Below are positions 22,609 to 31,684 of a DNA stretch of 38,746 bases, piece by piece. Position numbers and translations under genes: made by a program. The DNA is from a virus (lineage: Duplodnaviria; Caudoviricetes). The notes under the pieces are model-generated. The model was not told the DNA's origin and did no database searches. It was given only the letters and a program-made list of their open reading frames with translations. How positions within the stretch are numbered: position 1 is the stretch's first letter; every line of letters starts with the position of its first letter. The DNA is taken from positions 1-38,746 of the IMG/VR virus record IMGVR_UViG_3300037743_000354; one strand, given 5' to 3'.

Positions 22609-25494
22609 ATGTATATTCGAGAAATATGTAACAAGGGCATTATGACGTGCGATAAGGAATGTGTCAAAGTTTTTCTTTCTTATTTCGGAATCCGGACTCC
22701 TGATAGCCTGCTTACTTTTGGGTGGGAAGACTCTGTAAGTCAAAAATTTTTGCCGGGATTTGCGTCCGGTATTTGCACCCGGAAGGAGGTTTTCCCTGCG
22801 TATAAGAAAATTCTATCCGTTTACTCAGGCTCTCTGCCTGATTTCCTGCCGTGCCTGCATATAACCCTGAATGAAACTAAATTAAGCTCCAGCGGGACGT
22901 TCCGGTCTACAAAAGATATCAGCTCTGCCCGTGTTCTGTGCGTAGATGTTGACAGGGAACTTGACAGGTCCGAAGCCGCCTCAATCCGAGATAAAATCCG
23001 CGCATCTCTAGTAGTTGAGTCTTCTCCTGGACGGTACCATTTCTATCTTCGGCTTGCTCCCGGAATGAATTTAGAACGATGGAGTCAACTCCAGCTTGGA
23101 CTCGCGTGTTCTGTAGACGGAGATTTGGGTCGTAGTCATGTTACCTCTACTATTAGAGTTGCAGGATTTGAACGGCTTTGTAAATCAGGAGCCCGGTTTG
23201 TACCGAGAGTTGTTTACCGTGAGCGGGAACCTGAGGAGTGGGCAGAAAAAGAGTTACTGAGTGAGCTGGAATGGTTACGTGAAGCCATAGAGAAAGGACT
23301 GTCTGCAAAAAGAGAACACTTTCAACGAATTATCGCAGATGCCCGGAAGTATAAGAGTTCAGGAACAAGTGGCGGAACAGGCGGAGGCGGAGGCCCTTTA
23401 GAAGGTCCCCTAGGCAGAAACTCTGCCCTCTACTTTGCCGTTTCTGACTTTGTTGCAACCTCCGGAGCCGCTGAAGAAGAGGCGCTTGAGTACTCGACAT
23501 CTTTAAATTCCCGCTTTGAAGAGCCCTTAACAGATCGGGAGGTCGAAAGCGTAGTTTTTAGAGCATGGAAGAAAGGAATTAGTAAATACGAACGGCTGAA
23601 ACTTAAGCTTGATTCAGAACTTAAAGTATTGGAAAGCTCTTCATCCGCTTCTGATCCTAATTTTTCGCTTGACAGCGCTCTTCCTTCTGCCAACGGTCAC
23701 GGAAAGCCTGTTCCTCTGGAATTGAGGAAATCTCTGCTAAAAAGACTTCCAAAAAACATAGTAGAGAGCCTTTCCTATACTGCTAAAGCCCTGATATCGG
23801 ATGAGGAAAGGTGGTTAAATGCTTTCCAAATTATAGACCGGGCTATTGCGAGCAGGGATACCAGGATCTTGGCTAAATTCCTGAAAGCCGGGTTGGAAGA
23901 ATTCGGAGGTCGCTATACAGCATCCGGAGCACTTAGTCTCTTTATCAGGGGAATCAATCGTTGGGGCCGGGAAGTGTTCCACGTGGAACACATATCCCGC
24001 GAGCAATTTGAAGGACTTACCTCCAACCTGTTGCTAGAGATGCAAAGGAGAGGCCAAGAAATAGGAAAAGCGGTTAAGGAAAGGCTTAAAGAAAGGGATA
24101 AAAATTCTAAAGGGTTCGAGAGGGTAGCTATTAGACTTTCTGAAGCCCCCTTCCGGGATACGTTTGTTAATCAAGTCTCCCGTAAACTTGTCAGCGAAGT
24201 ATCCATAGCTCCTGAAACGGAAATACAACCCCCATGGTTAATAGTATTTCAAGATGGAGTTCTCGATGTGCGCTCCGGAACTTTTGCAGCCGATAATCTA
24301 GCCCCTCTACGGTTTTCTAATCCTATTGCTTGCAGATACCTGGATATAGTGCCGTGTGCTGATTCCTCTCCTGATTCTGAATCTTCTCCCCCTTATTCCT
24401 CTATATCAACCCCGGTATTTGATAAATACCTGGTTGACTGGTTCGGGTCAGAAGATGAATCTATTCGGAAGTTTATGCTGAAATGGTACGGTTATTGCAT
24501 GACTACTGACACTGCTCAGCAATCATTCTGTTTCTTCTCGGGTCCGGCAGGTGCGGGAAAGGGATCGGTAGCTCAGATTCTCTGCGGGTTAGTGGGGGAT
24601 GGTAATTTCTGTTCATTACCGTACGACGGGTTAGAGCGCCCTTTTTCCCTCTCAGCGGCCTCTGGTCGTCTTGTTGTAGTTATCGATGAAGCGGAAGGAG
24701 ATTCTTTCGAGCACCGAAAACGGATGGCTATGGTGAAAAAGCTAACCGGAGGGGAGGCTATCCAAGTAGAACGCAAATACCGGGATCCCTCTAATGCTGT
24801 ACTACCCGGTAAGCTAATAATGCAAGCTAATAGAGTTCCCGCGTACTTGGATAGAGGCGGTGCTATCAGCGGCAGGATGCTCCCTGTTGCGTTTTCCAAG
24901 TCTTACCGTGCCTCCGGCACGGTAATGGTTAAAATCCCGTCTCAGGTAATTCTTGAAGCGGAAGGGGATGCGATAGGGGTTAAAGCCGCATTAGCCTGGG
25001 TAGAAGGGTATGCGGAATTGGTTAAAGGGGTAGATCCTTTCAGAGTCGAGATTCCAAAAAGCAGCGCCCTGAAGCTCGGAATAGTACGAGTTACCAGCAC
25101 ATTTAATATAAGTGATCGGATAATAAAGGAATTTTTAAGGCCATCCGAATCGGCTAAAACGTTCACATCACGGAAAGCACTGTCTGAGCTGTATACTTTT
25201 GTTTACGAATGCGCAGGACTGCATGATGAACGGATAAGACGGGAAGATATACCCGAATACTACGCGGAAGTAATAAATACATTCTCTTCCCAGGGAGCGC
25301 GTGAAATCAAACGTAGAGGGATCAGAGGAATTTCAAATGTGTATATTTGCGGGAAAAAACTACTTAAAAGTTATCCCGGTTTAGTCGATACTCCCCGGGA
25401 GTATATTAATAAATACCCTGAATTGATTAAAGAATTAGGAATAGATAACCCTTCTCATCCTTCCAAGACCTCGACCTCTCCTTATGTTCTTTGA
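22609..25494 (+). CDS. Primase-helicase: RepB/AEP-type primase, PriCT-like domain and D5/P4-like SF3 helicase
   Basis: Primase motifs CVDVD, ESSPGRYHFY and RVAGF; GRNSALY (PriCT); FQDGVLD (D5_N); Walker A GPAGAGKG; VIDE, KKLTGG..I.VERKY and R...V.F. Start may be ATG 22642. Confidence 0.92.
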   Translation: MYIREICNKGIMTCDKECVKVFLSYFGIRTPDSLLTFGWEDSVSQKFLPGFASGICTRKEVFPAYKKILSVYSGSLPDFLPCLHITLNETKLSSSGTFRSTKDISSARVLCVDVDRELDRSEAASIRDKIRASLVVESSPGRYHFYLRLAPGMNLERWSQLQLGLACSVDGDLGRSHVTSTIRVAGFERLCKSGARFVPRVVYREREPEEWAEKELLSELEWLREAIEKGLSAKREHFQRIIADARKYKSSGTSGGTGGGGGPLEGPLGRNSALYFAVSDFVATSGAAEEEALEYSTSLNSRFEEPLTDREVESVVFRAWKKGISKYERLKLKLDSELKVLESSSSASDPNFSLDSALPSANGHGKPVPLELRKSLLKRLPKNIVESLSYTAKALISDEERWLNAFQIIDRAIASRDTRILAKFLKAGLEEFGGRYTASGALSLFIRGINRWGREVFHVEHISREQFEGLTSNLLLEMQRRGQEIGKAVKERLKERDKNSKGFERVAIRLSEAPFRDTFVNQVSRKLVSEVSIAPETEIQPPWLIVFQDGVLDVRSGTFAADNLAPLRFSNPIACRYLDIVPCADSSPDSESSPPYSSISTPVFDKYLVDWFGSEDESIRKFMLKWYGYCMTTDTAQQSFCFFSGPAGAGKGSVAQILCGLVGDGNFCSLPYDGLERPFSLSAASGRLVVVIDEAEGDSFEHRKRMAMVKKLTGGEAIQVERKYRDPSNAVLPGKLIMQANRVPAYLDRGGAISGRMLPVAFSKSYRASGTVMVKIPSQVILEAEGDAIGVKAALAWVEGYAELVKGVDPFRVEIPKSSALKLGIVRVTSTFNISDRIIKEFLRPSESAKTFTSRKALSELYTFVYECAGLHDERIRREDIPEYYAEVINTFSSQGAREIKRRGIRGISNVYICGKKLLKSYPGLVDTPREYINKYPELIKELGIDNPSHPSKTSTSPYVL
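22639..22667 (-). promoter_or_regulatory. Sigma70-type leftward promoter inside the 5' end of the primase gene
   Basis: Minus strand TTGACA (22667-22662), 17 nt, CATAAT (22644-22639). Confidence 0.7.
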
Positions 25495-26083
25495 CCCCGT
25501 TCGTTATGTATGCGAGTCCGCAAAGTGGATAGTTCCTACCCACAAATCGCAAAGACCGGCACGTTCCGATCTTCGGGAAGAAATCCTTGTGCAACTACTT
25601 GAAGCGGCCTGTACGGTGAATGGGGTGTCTCCGGTGAGTGTAGACTTGCGGAAAGAATACGTAAGGATGCAAGCGGGATCGATCCTTTCTAACGGAAAGA
25701 GGAGTAAAACCGCCATGGTAGAAGAGGTATACTTTAGAACATGGTGTTACGGAGGGGTAGTTTCTGATCGGATAATGGAGTTTTTTCCTTCGTGCGATCC
25801 CCGCGTCGTCGAATTCGAGAGTGTGCGTATATTCGGTCCTGTCGAGAGAAGATGGTTTGAAAACGGGTACTTAGGGCTGTGTATAGATACCGTAAAAGTA
25901 TCCCGGGAATTACGGGAACTATGGATGAGGAAAGGAGGAGCGTTTAAAGGAATGTCAAAAAAAATTGAAAGAGAAAGGTTTGAAAGTGAAGAATTTTTTT
26001 CAGGGTGTATAGGAGAGAGTTTTCCTGATATCTTTATTTCTGCTCTTCGAAAGGTTGAGATCCGGGAGGTTGAGGAAGGTTGA
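25484..26083 (+). CDS. Hypothetical protein
   Basis: 199-aa ORF overlapping the primase stop; no recognised motif. Confidence 0.6.
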   Translation: MFFDPVRYVCESAKWIVPTHKSQRPARSDLREEILVQLLEAACTVNGVSPVSVDLRKEYVRMQAGSILSNGKRSKTAMVEEVYFRTWCYGGVVSDRIMEFFPSCDPRVVEFESVRIFGPVERRWFENGYLGLCIDTVKVSRELRELWMRKGGAFKGMSKKIERERFESEEFFSGCIGESFPDIFISALRKVEIREVEEG

Positions 26084-26203
26084 GGGGTAATAGACTCAGA
26101 ATACCCACAGATCGGATCGGATCGTTAGAAGGTCTATCCGATACAAAAAATCAGCCACTTTTTTTTGAAGAATACTGAATAACTCCGGGGGTTTAGGCCA
26201 AAA

Positions 26204-26700
26204 GGGGGGCACGAAATGAATCTTGATTGTTGTATTTTTCGAGGTTAAACTATTAATTTTATTGCCGAAAGTGGGCACTTTACTGCAAACAAGGGGCAGC
26301 TGGGGGGCACGAAAAAACGGGTTCGTGCCCCCTCTTTTTTAAAAATGAAATCAATAGTTTAATTTAGAAGGGGGCAGAGGGGGCACGAATGCCTTCTGTT
26401 GGAAATAGGGAATAGTAGTATATATTTATATATAGAAAATATATAGAGGAAAAATATATATAAACAATGGGGGGTAGAGGTGCCCCCTTTTGATCTTTTT
26501 TAAACTAAACTGCTGATTTTATTCCCGAAAAAAGGGGGCACGAACAAAAAACGCTCGTGCCCCCTCTGCCCCCCCTGAGCGGGGTAAGGTATTGTTTTTA
26601 TTCCCGAAAAAGGGGGGCAGGTCTGAAATCATTAAGTTTTTTCGATTTTTCGGGGTAATTTATTGCAATCATTATATAAGATGACAAAGTGGTGCCCCCT
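26204..26700. repeat. Putative replication origin: GGGGCA(C/G) iterons in both orientations around an AT-rich core
   Basis: GGGGGCACGAA at 26205, 26303, 26379 and 26534. Inverted GTGCCCCC copies near 26325, 26480, 26557 and 26692. AT-rich tract at about 26403-26468. Non-coding and just downstream of the primase-helicase operon. Confidence 0.7.
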
Positions 26701-26750
26701 TTTTTGGTGCCGTTTTTGCATGTCATTGTAATTATTTGATTAATTTTTAA

Positions 26751-27548
26751 GTGTCCAGAATTATAGGAGAAAAAGACGTGAAAAAACGTGAAAATCTAGA
26801 AAAAAAACGTGAAAGTCTAGAAAAACTTTACTTTAGTGAAGCGAGCGATAGATTGGCTAGTGATATTTCAAAAAATATGTGCAAATTACGCAGTGAAGCC
26901 ACAAACTGCGCAGGGAGGATAGTTGAGATTGGAGTGAGGAGGGGAAGTTCGACGATTGCGCTGCTTCACGGTCTTTCCAAAAAAGAGGATCGGCGAGACA
27001 CATCTTTAACTTCGTTGGATTTGGTGGAGTGCGAGCGTCAAAATTTATTTTACGAGTCGGCGAAGGAGAATGGAATAAATTTTGACTTTGTTTTGGGAGA
27101 TTCTCTGGCAGTTGGGATTCCGGATTGTGATTTATTGTTTATAGATTCTTTTCATACTTACGCTCATTTAAGTTTAGAGCTGTATTTGCATCAAAAGAGT
27201 GTCAGGCAGTTGATTCTGATACACGATACGGCCTCTGAGTGGCCTCAGAATGGCCATCCAGGGATGTTTGAGGCTGTAGTATCGTTTTTGGAGACTCCAG
27301 GCATACCGTGGAAACTGAGGGACCATACGGATGTCGGGCATGGGCTGTCTGTATTAGAGCGAATTAGATCGAATCAGAGATTTGAAAACTATTTGTCAGA
27401 GACTTCGGAGAGAATTTTCCGATCCGTTGTAAATTCAGAACGCAGTTTGTATGAGATGGCGAAAAAGAACAACCGGCCCGAAATATGGAATGAGTATCTC
27501 AAGAATGTGCAAGAGAGGTTCAGAGAAATGAAAAACCCCGGCATCTAA
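26751..27548 (+). CDS. Class I SAM-dependent methyltransferase (Methyltransf_24-like)
   Basis: IVEIGVRRGSST, LTSLD, GDS, DLLFIDSFHTY and ILIHDT. Confidence 0.88.
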   Translation: MSRIIGEKDVKKRENLEKKRESLEKLYFSEASDRLASDISKNMCKLRSEATNCAGRIVEIGVRRGSSTIALLHGLSKKEDRRDTSLTSLDLVECERQNLFYESAKENGINFDFVLGDSLAVGIPDCDLLFIDSFHTYAHLSLELYLHQKSVRQLILIHDTASEWPQNGHPGMFEAVVSFLETPGIPWKLRDHTDVGHGLSVLERIRSNQRFENYLSETSERIFRSVVNSERSLYEMAKKNNRPEIWNEYLKNVQERFREMKNPGI

Positions 27549-27566
27549 AGAGCATGCCGGGGAAAA
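27531..27566 (-). terminator. Intrinsic terminator ending the leftward early cluster
   Basis: CCCCGGCAT/ATGCCGGGG stem followed by T5 on the minus strand, between convergent genes. Confidence 0.7.
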
Positions 27567-27587
27567 TTAGGCGGGGGGGGGTAAAGA

Positions 27588-28067
27588 TCAGTCAGCTAGA
27601 AATGGCTTGGTCTGTACGTAAAGACAGTCGATCGCTTTTATGACGAGCTCGGCGGGATCGAGATCAAAATACTCGCTAAGAGTATTGACCTGTTTTTTGT
27701 ACAGTGCAAAATGAGGGGACTCTGAAGATTCAGCCGGTTTTTCAAGCAGCTCTATTTTTGCTTGAAATTCTGATTTTACGAATTTGCGGGTAAAATCGTT
27801 ATCTGAATTTTTCCAAACTTGTTTGTTCGCGTCATACTGCCAAAAAAATGATTTTAGAGTGTCCCGTATTTTCTGCTCAGGTTTTCGATTGAATTTTAGC
27901 TCGATAATATTACCGCTTTCTTGAGACACGAAAAATATATCGACGATCAGAGGTTGTACGTACATCCCAGCGTTTAAACGCGGGATATCTTTTTTCTCAT
28001 GCTTATTTTTTCCGTTTTGTAATTTTGCGCTTTGCTGCTGCAATGCGTCCAGAAATGATGTGCTCAT
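27588..28067 (-). CDS. Hypothetical early protein with IELKF..KP...IR..LK...W.......W module
   Basis: Strong GGGAG RBS. The motif recalls a small domain seen in mobile-element polyvalent proteins (from memory). Confidence 0.7.
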   Translation of the reverse strand: MSTSFLDALQQQSAKLQNGKNKHEKKDIPRLNAGMYVQPLIVDIFFVSQESGNIIELKFNRKPEQKIRDTLKSFFWQYDANKQVWKNSDNDFTRKFVKSEFQAKIELLEKPAESSESPHFALYKKQVNTLSEYFDLDPAELVIKAIDCLYVQTKPFLAD

Positions 28068-28151
28068 TTTATTCTCCCAAATGTTTGTTGTTTACAAAAT
28101 AGCTATTCGCTATTTTAGAGAGCGCTCGTTCGAGCGCTCAAAAAATATCGA

Positions 28152-29114
28152 TTAGCACATAGCGAGAGCACCGGAGAATGCACGTGCGTTTAACCGCGCA
28201 CTGTCTCCGAAATATTGCCCGTTTAGCCGGGAGTCAATTGATCGTCCGTGATCGTGAGTGACATATTCACTGATTGCATTGTACGCTTGCCATGCTGTTC
28301 CGCGCATTGCAGGAACGAGATCTAATCCACGTTGCTGATCGAGGAGATCAATAACGTGCTGTATTTTATTTACGGTCACTGTTGGCGGGTTTGCGCGCTC
28401 CTCGGCTGTTTTTTCAGCTAGAAAAACATTTGCGATATAATCAATTTGTTGTTTGCGCGAAACTTTTGATTTTGCGAGATGCTGCATTGCTTCGACGTCT
28501 TTGCGAAATCCTGCAAGTTCTGCTGCAAGGGTTTCTTGAGCATCTGCTAATTTTTCCCGCATATTTTTTGTATGACGGATTTTTATGTGTTTTTGTCCGT
28601 CCCGCAATGACATTGCGAGAGTGTTGGCGCAAACGACACGTATTCCTGTGCCCTTACATCCGAGCGCAAGGGATCCGTCAAACGAGGCATGCAAGAGCCA
28701 GTACCCGCGTACAGGATCTCCCGGTAAAATGTCTGCATCCGCGTTTTTAAGTTTAGCTAAAATTGCAATGCGTTTTCCTCCCCGTAGTGCCATCCCTGTT
28801 TCTAAGTTAATGATTCCAGCGTCAATGTAAGGCTCGAATGCGCGAAAGTGCTCTTCAGGCTGAAGAACTTCGTAGTTTTCACCGACATGTCCTAAATACT
28901 CACCGCTTGATCTGTACATACCGTAGGATCCTGGAGCATCCGCGATTGCATTGTCTCCGAGAAACCCTTGTAGCGGTACTTTGTGTACGGTTCCAGGGTA
29001 TGCAAGTTTCCATGCTTCGGCTGGGGTTGGCGCGTCAGACAGTGTTACTCCGAGCCCGTGCCAAGCAGGTTTTTCGACAAAAAACGCCTGATTGTCAGTT
29101 ATTTCGTGTGCCAT
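28152..29114 (-). CDS. DUF932 family (phage/plasmid-like, TIGR03299) protein
   Basis: MAH...PAWHGLG, L.GG, S.DGS, RVVCANTL, IRHT and GTAWQAYNAISEY. Confidence 0.92.
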   Translation of the reverse strand: MAHEITDNQAFFVEKPAWHGLGVTLSDAPTPAEAWKLAYPGTVHKVPLQGFLGDNAIADAPGSYGMYRSSGEYLGHVGENYEVLQPEEHFRAFEPYIDAGIINLETGMALRGGKRIAILAKLKNADADILPGDPVRGYWLLHASFDGSLALGCKGTGIRVVCANTLAMSLRDGQKHIKIRHTKNMREKLADAQETLAAELAGFRKDVEAMQHLAKSKVSRKQQIDYIANVFLAEKTAEERANPPTVTVNKIQHVIDLLDQQRGLDLVPAMRGTAWQAYNAISEYVTHDHGRSIDSRLNGQYFGDSARLNARAFSGALAMC

Positions 29115-29154
29115 TGTTTTTTTCCTTTTTGTTGGTTAAAAATAAATATTTAGT

Positions 29155-29403
29155 CTACTTAGAGTGTTTCATAAGATCGTCTGCAATTTTTTGTGTGTCC
29201 CATCGGTAGATTGGAAGATCATATGCAAGCTGATTTTTAAACCTTCCTTCCAGATCAATCCAAAAATCCACATTTCCGATACGTGCAAAAATTACAGTAA
29301 TGTTGTCGAGTATAATTAGATCGCCAATTTCTGCTAATGCAGTGCGAACCAGAGACGTGAAATGTGCGTTAATTTCTGATTTTGAAATAGTTTCTGTTTT
29401 CAT
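29155..29403 (-). CDS. Small hypothetical early protein
   Basis: AGGAG RBS; collinear with neighbours. Confidence 0.6.
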   Translation of the reverse strand: MKTETISKSEINAHFTSLVRTALAEIGDLIILDNITVIFARIGNVDFWIDLEGRFKNQLAYDLPIYRWDTQKIADDLMKHSK

Positions 29404-29418
29404 GAGACTTTTTTTCTC

Positions 29419-29634
29419 CTAATTTTTTGAATAATTTTTTAGGAAATTAGGTGCTGTTGACAATATCTCGATTTCGTCAAAATAGATATATGTGCGAAAT
29501 TTGCGTCCCGCTTCAAGCACTACGAACGCCTCAATTTCTTCGCGTACGCCTAAAATTATCCATTCGCGTTTGAGAAATGTAATAATTTTGAAAATTGAAG
29601 GTGACAGTTTTTCAGTGATATTTTGTGTATCCAT
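29419..29634 (-). CDS. Small hypothetical early protein
   Basis: AGGAGAATAAG immediately before the ATG. Confidence 0.6.
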   Translation of the reverse strand: MDTQNITEKLSPSIFKIITFLKREWIILGVREEIEAFVVLEAGRKFRTYIYFDEIEILSTAPNFLKNYSKN

Positions 29635-29664
29635 CTTATTCTCCTAATTTTTTTTGTATGATGA

Positions 29665-30006
29665 TCATGCGAATGACAGTTCCCAGCTTTGCAGATGTGC
29701 GCACGATGCGCACACACGTCCTGATATACCTGATGAATCTGTACGAGAGTGTTGCGCCCTTGCGCCGCCACACTCATCACAAGACTTTGACGCTGTCTCA
29801 GTGCTCGTCGTGTAGCCAAATCGCACTGATCTGCCTGCTAGTTCTCCAAATTTTGAGACAAATGGCTTGCTAACTGCGTAGATATAAACATCTTTTGTCG
29901 ATCCGTTTTTCAGCCTCACTGTCACATGCGTGTGAGGTTTTATTTCTGACGCTAATCCGATGACATCATAATTCCCTGTTTTTTTGTTTTTCGAGAACGT
30001 GCTCAT
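29665..30006 (-). CDS. Small protein with C-terminal CxxC...CxxC zinc finger
   Basis: AGGAG RBS; CDEC...CASC; beta-rich N-terminal half. Confidence 0.75.
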   Translation of the reverse strand: MSTFSKNKKTGNYDVIGLASEIKPHTHVTVRLKNGSTKDVYIYAVSKPFVSKFGELAGRSVRFGYTTSTETASKSCDECGGARAQHSRTDSSGISGRVCASCAHLQSWELSFA

Positions 30007-30411
30007 TTTATTCTCCTGATTTTTTTGTACGTTGAGAGAGCGTAATCAGAATTTGTGATTGCTATCACTCTATTGTATATATGTATCGTACAATTTATAC
30101 AAACGCTTCACTCTATTCGTCACAATTTAATCGTACTGATCTAAATTACGCAATATTCGTAATTATGAGAGAGCGACAAATGGGAGCCACAGAGCTAATT
30201 TTAGCGCATATAATACTGTCTCAGAGGCTGTGAGGTTGTTAGATCACGAGAATTAGTATTCTCATCACGTATAGCTGTAATTTTACGCTTGTGTGTGCTG
30301 AGAGATTTGGACGTAATTTTGCAGGGGATTTATTTTTCTAAAGGAATCTCTTATTTCGCGTTTGCTACTCGGGTGCGAGTTTTTCGCAGGCCCCCCTCTT
30401 GAATATAGTAC

Positions 30412-30520
30412 TAGCGCCCGTATACACAAAGAAGCGAAAGAAGCGAAAGGAGCTGTACAAAAAAGTAGCGCCCCATATACACAACGAAGCGAAAGAAGCG
30501 AAAGGAGCTGTACAAAAAAG
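30412..30520 (+). repeat. Tandem direct repeat, 54 and 55 bp units, each with GAAGCGAAA twice
   Basis: TAGCGCCC..TATACACAA.GAAGCGAAAGAAGCGAAAGGAGCTGTACAAAAAAG at 30412-30465 and 30466-30520. Confidence 0.92.
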
Positions 30521-30606
30521 GAGGTATTGAATGTGCTCTTTATACAGCAGGGACAAAAGTTTCCCGGAGGTATATAATAAATTTTTACACTACTTAGGAG
30601 AAATAT

Positions 30607-30786
30607 ATGGAAGGTGAAAATAAACTGTACTTAGGTGATTCAGTTTACGTGCAGATAGTAAATGGAACTATTTTACTGACTACAGAAAACGGAATGCCTT
30701 ACGATCCTAGTAATAAAATTTATTTGGAGCTTGAAGTTTTTGATGCGCTTGAAAAATACGTAAAACGCTTAAAAGAAAAATCTTGA
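30607..30786 (+). CDS. Small conserved phage protein, 59 aa (not in the ORF track)
   Basis: AGGAG RBS at 30596-30600. MEGENKLYLGDSVYVQIVNGTILLTTENGMPYDPSNKIYLELEVFDALEKYVKRLKEKS*; the YLGD.VY...IYLE..V..AL pattern is familiar from phage hypotheticals. Confidence 0.75.
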   Translation: MEGENKLYLGDSVYVQIVNGTILLTTENGMPYDPSNKIYLELEVFDALEKYVKRLKEKS

Positions 30787-30817
30787 TAGGCTGTCCAAGC
30801 TGTTTTATACTATAGGT

Positions 30818-31063
30818 ATGCTAATAAATCCGGTTGACACACGTTATAAAGTAGGTTCTAGAACGCACTCAAAAAAAGCAAGAGCTTTTTATGACGCCGT
30901 AACAAGCGCAATAAGAAGATGGGAAAAAACATACGTTGTTGATACTATGGCTAAGCCCGGCTACCCTGAAATGTGGGAGTTCGATTTAAGAGGGAACATA
31001 AAGGTAGTAAAATATGCCGAAAAAGTACAGGAAAAGGAGAAAAGAAGCGGAATCAAAGTATAG
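30818..31063 (+). CDS. Hypothetical protein
   Basis: 81-aa ORF in a short rightward operon. Confidence 0.55.
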   Translation: MLINPVDTRYKVGSRTHSKKARAFYDAVTSAIRRWEKTYVVDTMAKPGYPEMWEFDLRGNIKVVKYAEKVQEKEKRSGIKV

Positions 31064-31370
31064 TGTGGAAGTACTGGATCCGGAAGAAGAGGAGAATTTT
31101 CCTGTCCAGCATATAGTTCCGCCTTCTTTAAAGGAAATTACTCCTGATACATCCTATCAGGATCACGTCAGGGAAGATGCAAGGCATACTCACTACGTTC
31201 TTTCAAGGCTGTATTTAAGCTGGGATCAACCTCTTGACTTGCAGGATACATGCCGTTTGGCTCTTACAACCGCAAAGATGCTGCAAGTAAGAAGGGATGT
31301 TCTAAACAGGCAGTATGGCTATCTTCGTGGTGATAAAAACTCAGAGGTAATTATACCTCCGTTGGAGTAA
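31014..31370 (+). CDS. Hypothetical protein
   Basis: 118 aa; TAATG-coupled to the next gene. Confidence 0.6.
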   Translation: MPKKYRKRRKEAESKYSVEVLDPEEEENFPVQHIVPPSLKEITPDTSYQDHVREDARHTHYVLSRLYLSWDQPLDLQDTCRLALTTAKMLQVRRDVLNRQYGYLRGDKNSEVIIPPLE

Positions 31371-31684
31371 TGTTTGCAGAGTTTCCTGATAAGACTTTAG
31401 AAGAGGCTGCTTTTTATGTTCCAAATGTTCTTCCGGTAACTATGGTGTCTCCGGGAGAGTATTTTACATGTTTTCATATATCCCGCTTAACCAGAACTTC
31501 TCAAAAAGAACTTATAGACCGGGCAAAGCATGCTTGTTTGCTGCATGCAGTAAAGGTAACAGATGGCCTTGTATATTTCCATCCGCAAGGACTTCAATTT
31601 TATCTTCAACATCACTTTAAAAAGGAGTTAGATAATATCTTCAAGCCGGGGAAGGCTCTCAAGTCCCGTAGAAAAATCAGATGA
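31370..31684 (+). CDS. Hypothetical protein
   Basis: GGAG plus TAATG coupling; its 3' end overlaps the convergent terminase gene by 57 bp. Confidence 0.55.
   Translation: MFAEFPDKTLEEAAFYVPNVLPVTMVSPGEYFTCFHISRLTRTSQKELIDRAKHACLLHAVKVTDGLVYFHPQGLQFYLQHHFKKELDNIFKPGKALKSRRKIR

Noticed and set aside
26096-26278. 60-aa ORF in the iteron region
   Set aside because: No RBS, lies in repeat DNA and has no protein-like features.
30362-30577. Short ORFs on both strands over the tandem repeat
   Set aside because: The repeat units are 54 and 55 bp and are read in different frames, which argues against coding.
31014-31370. Small terminase subunit call
   Set aside because: Size and location are compatible, but I see no HTH or other TerS signature.
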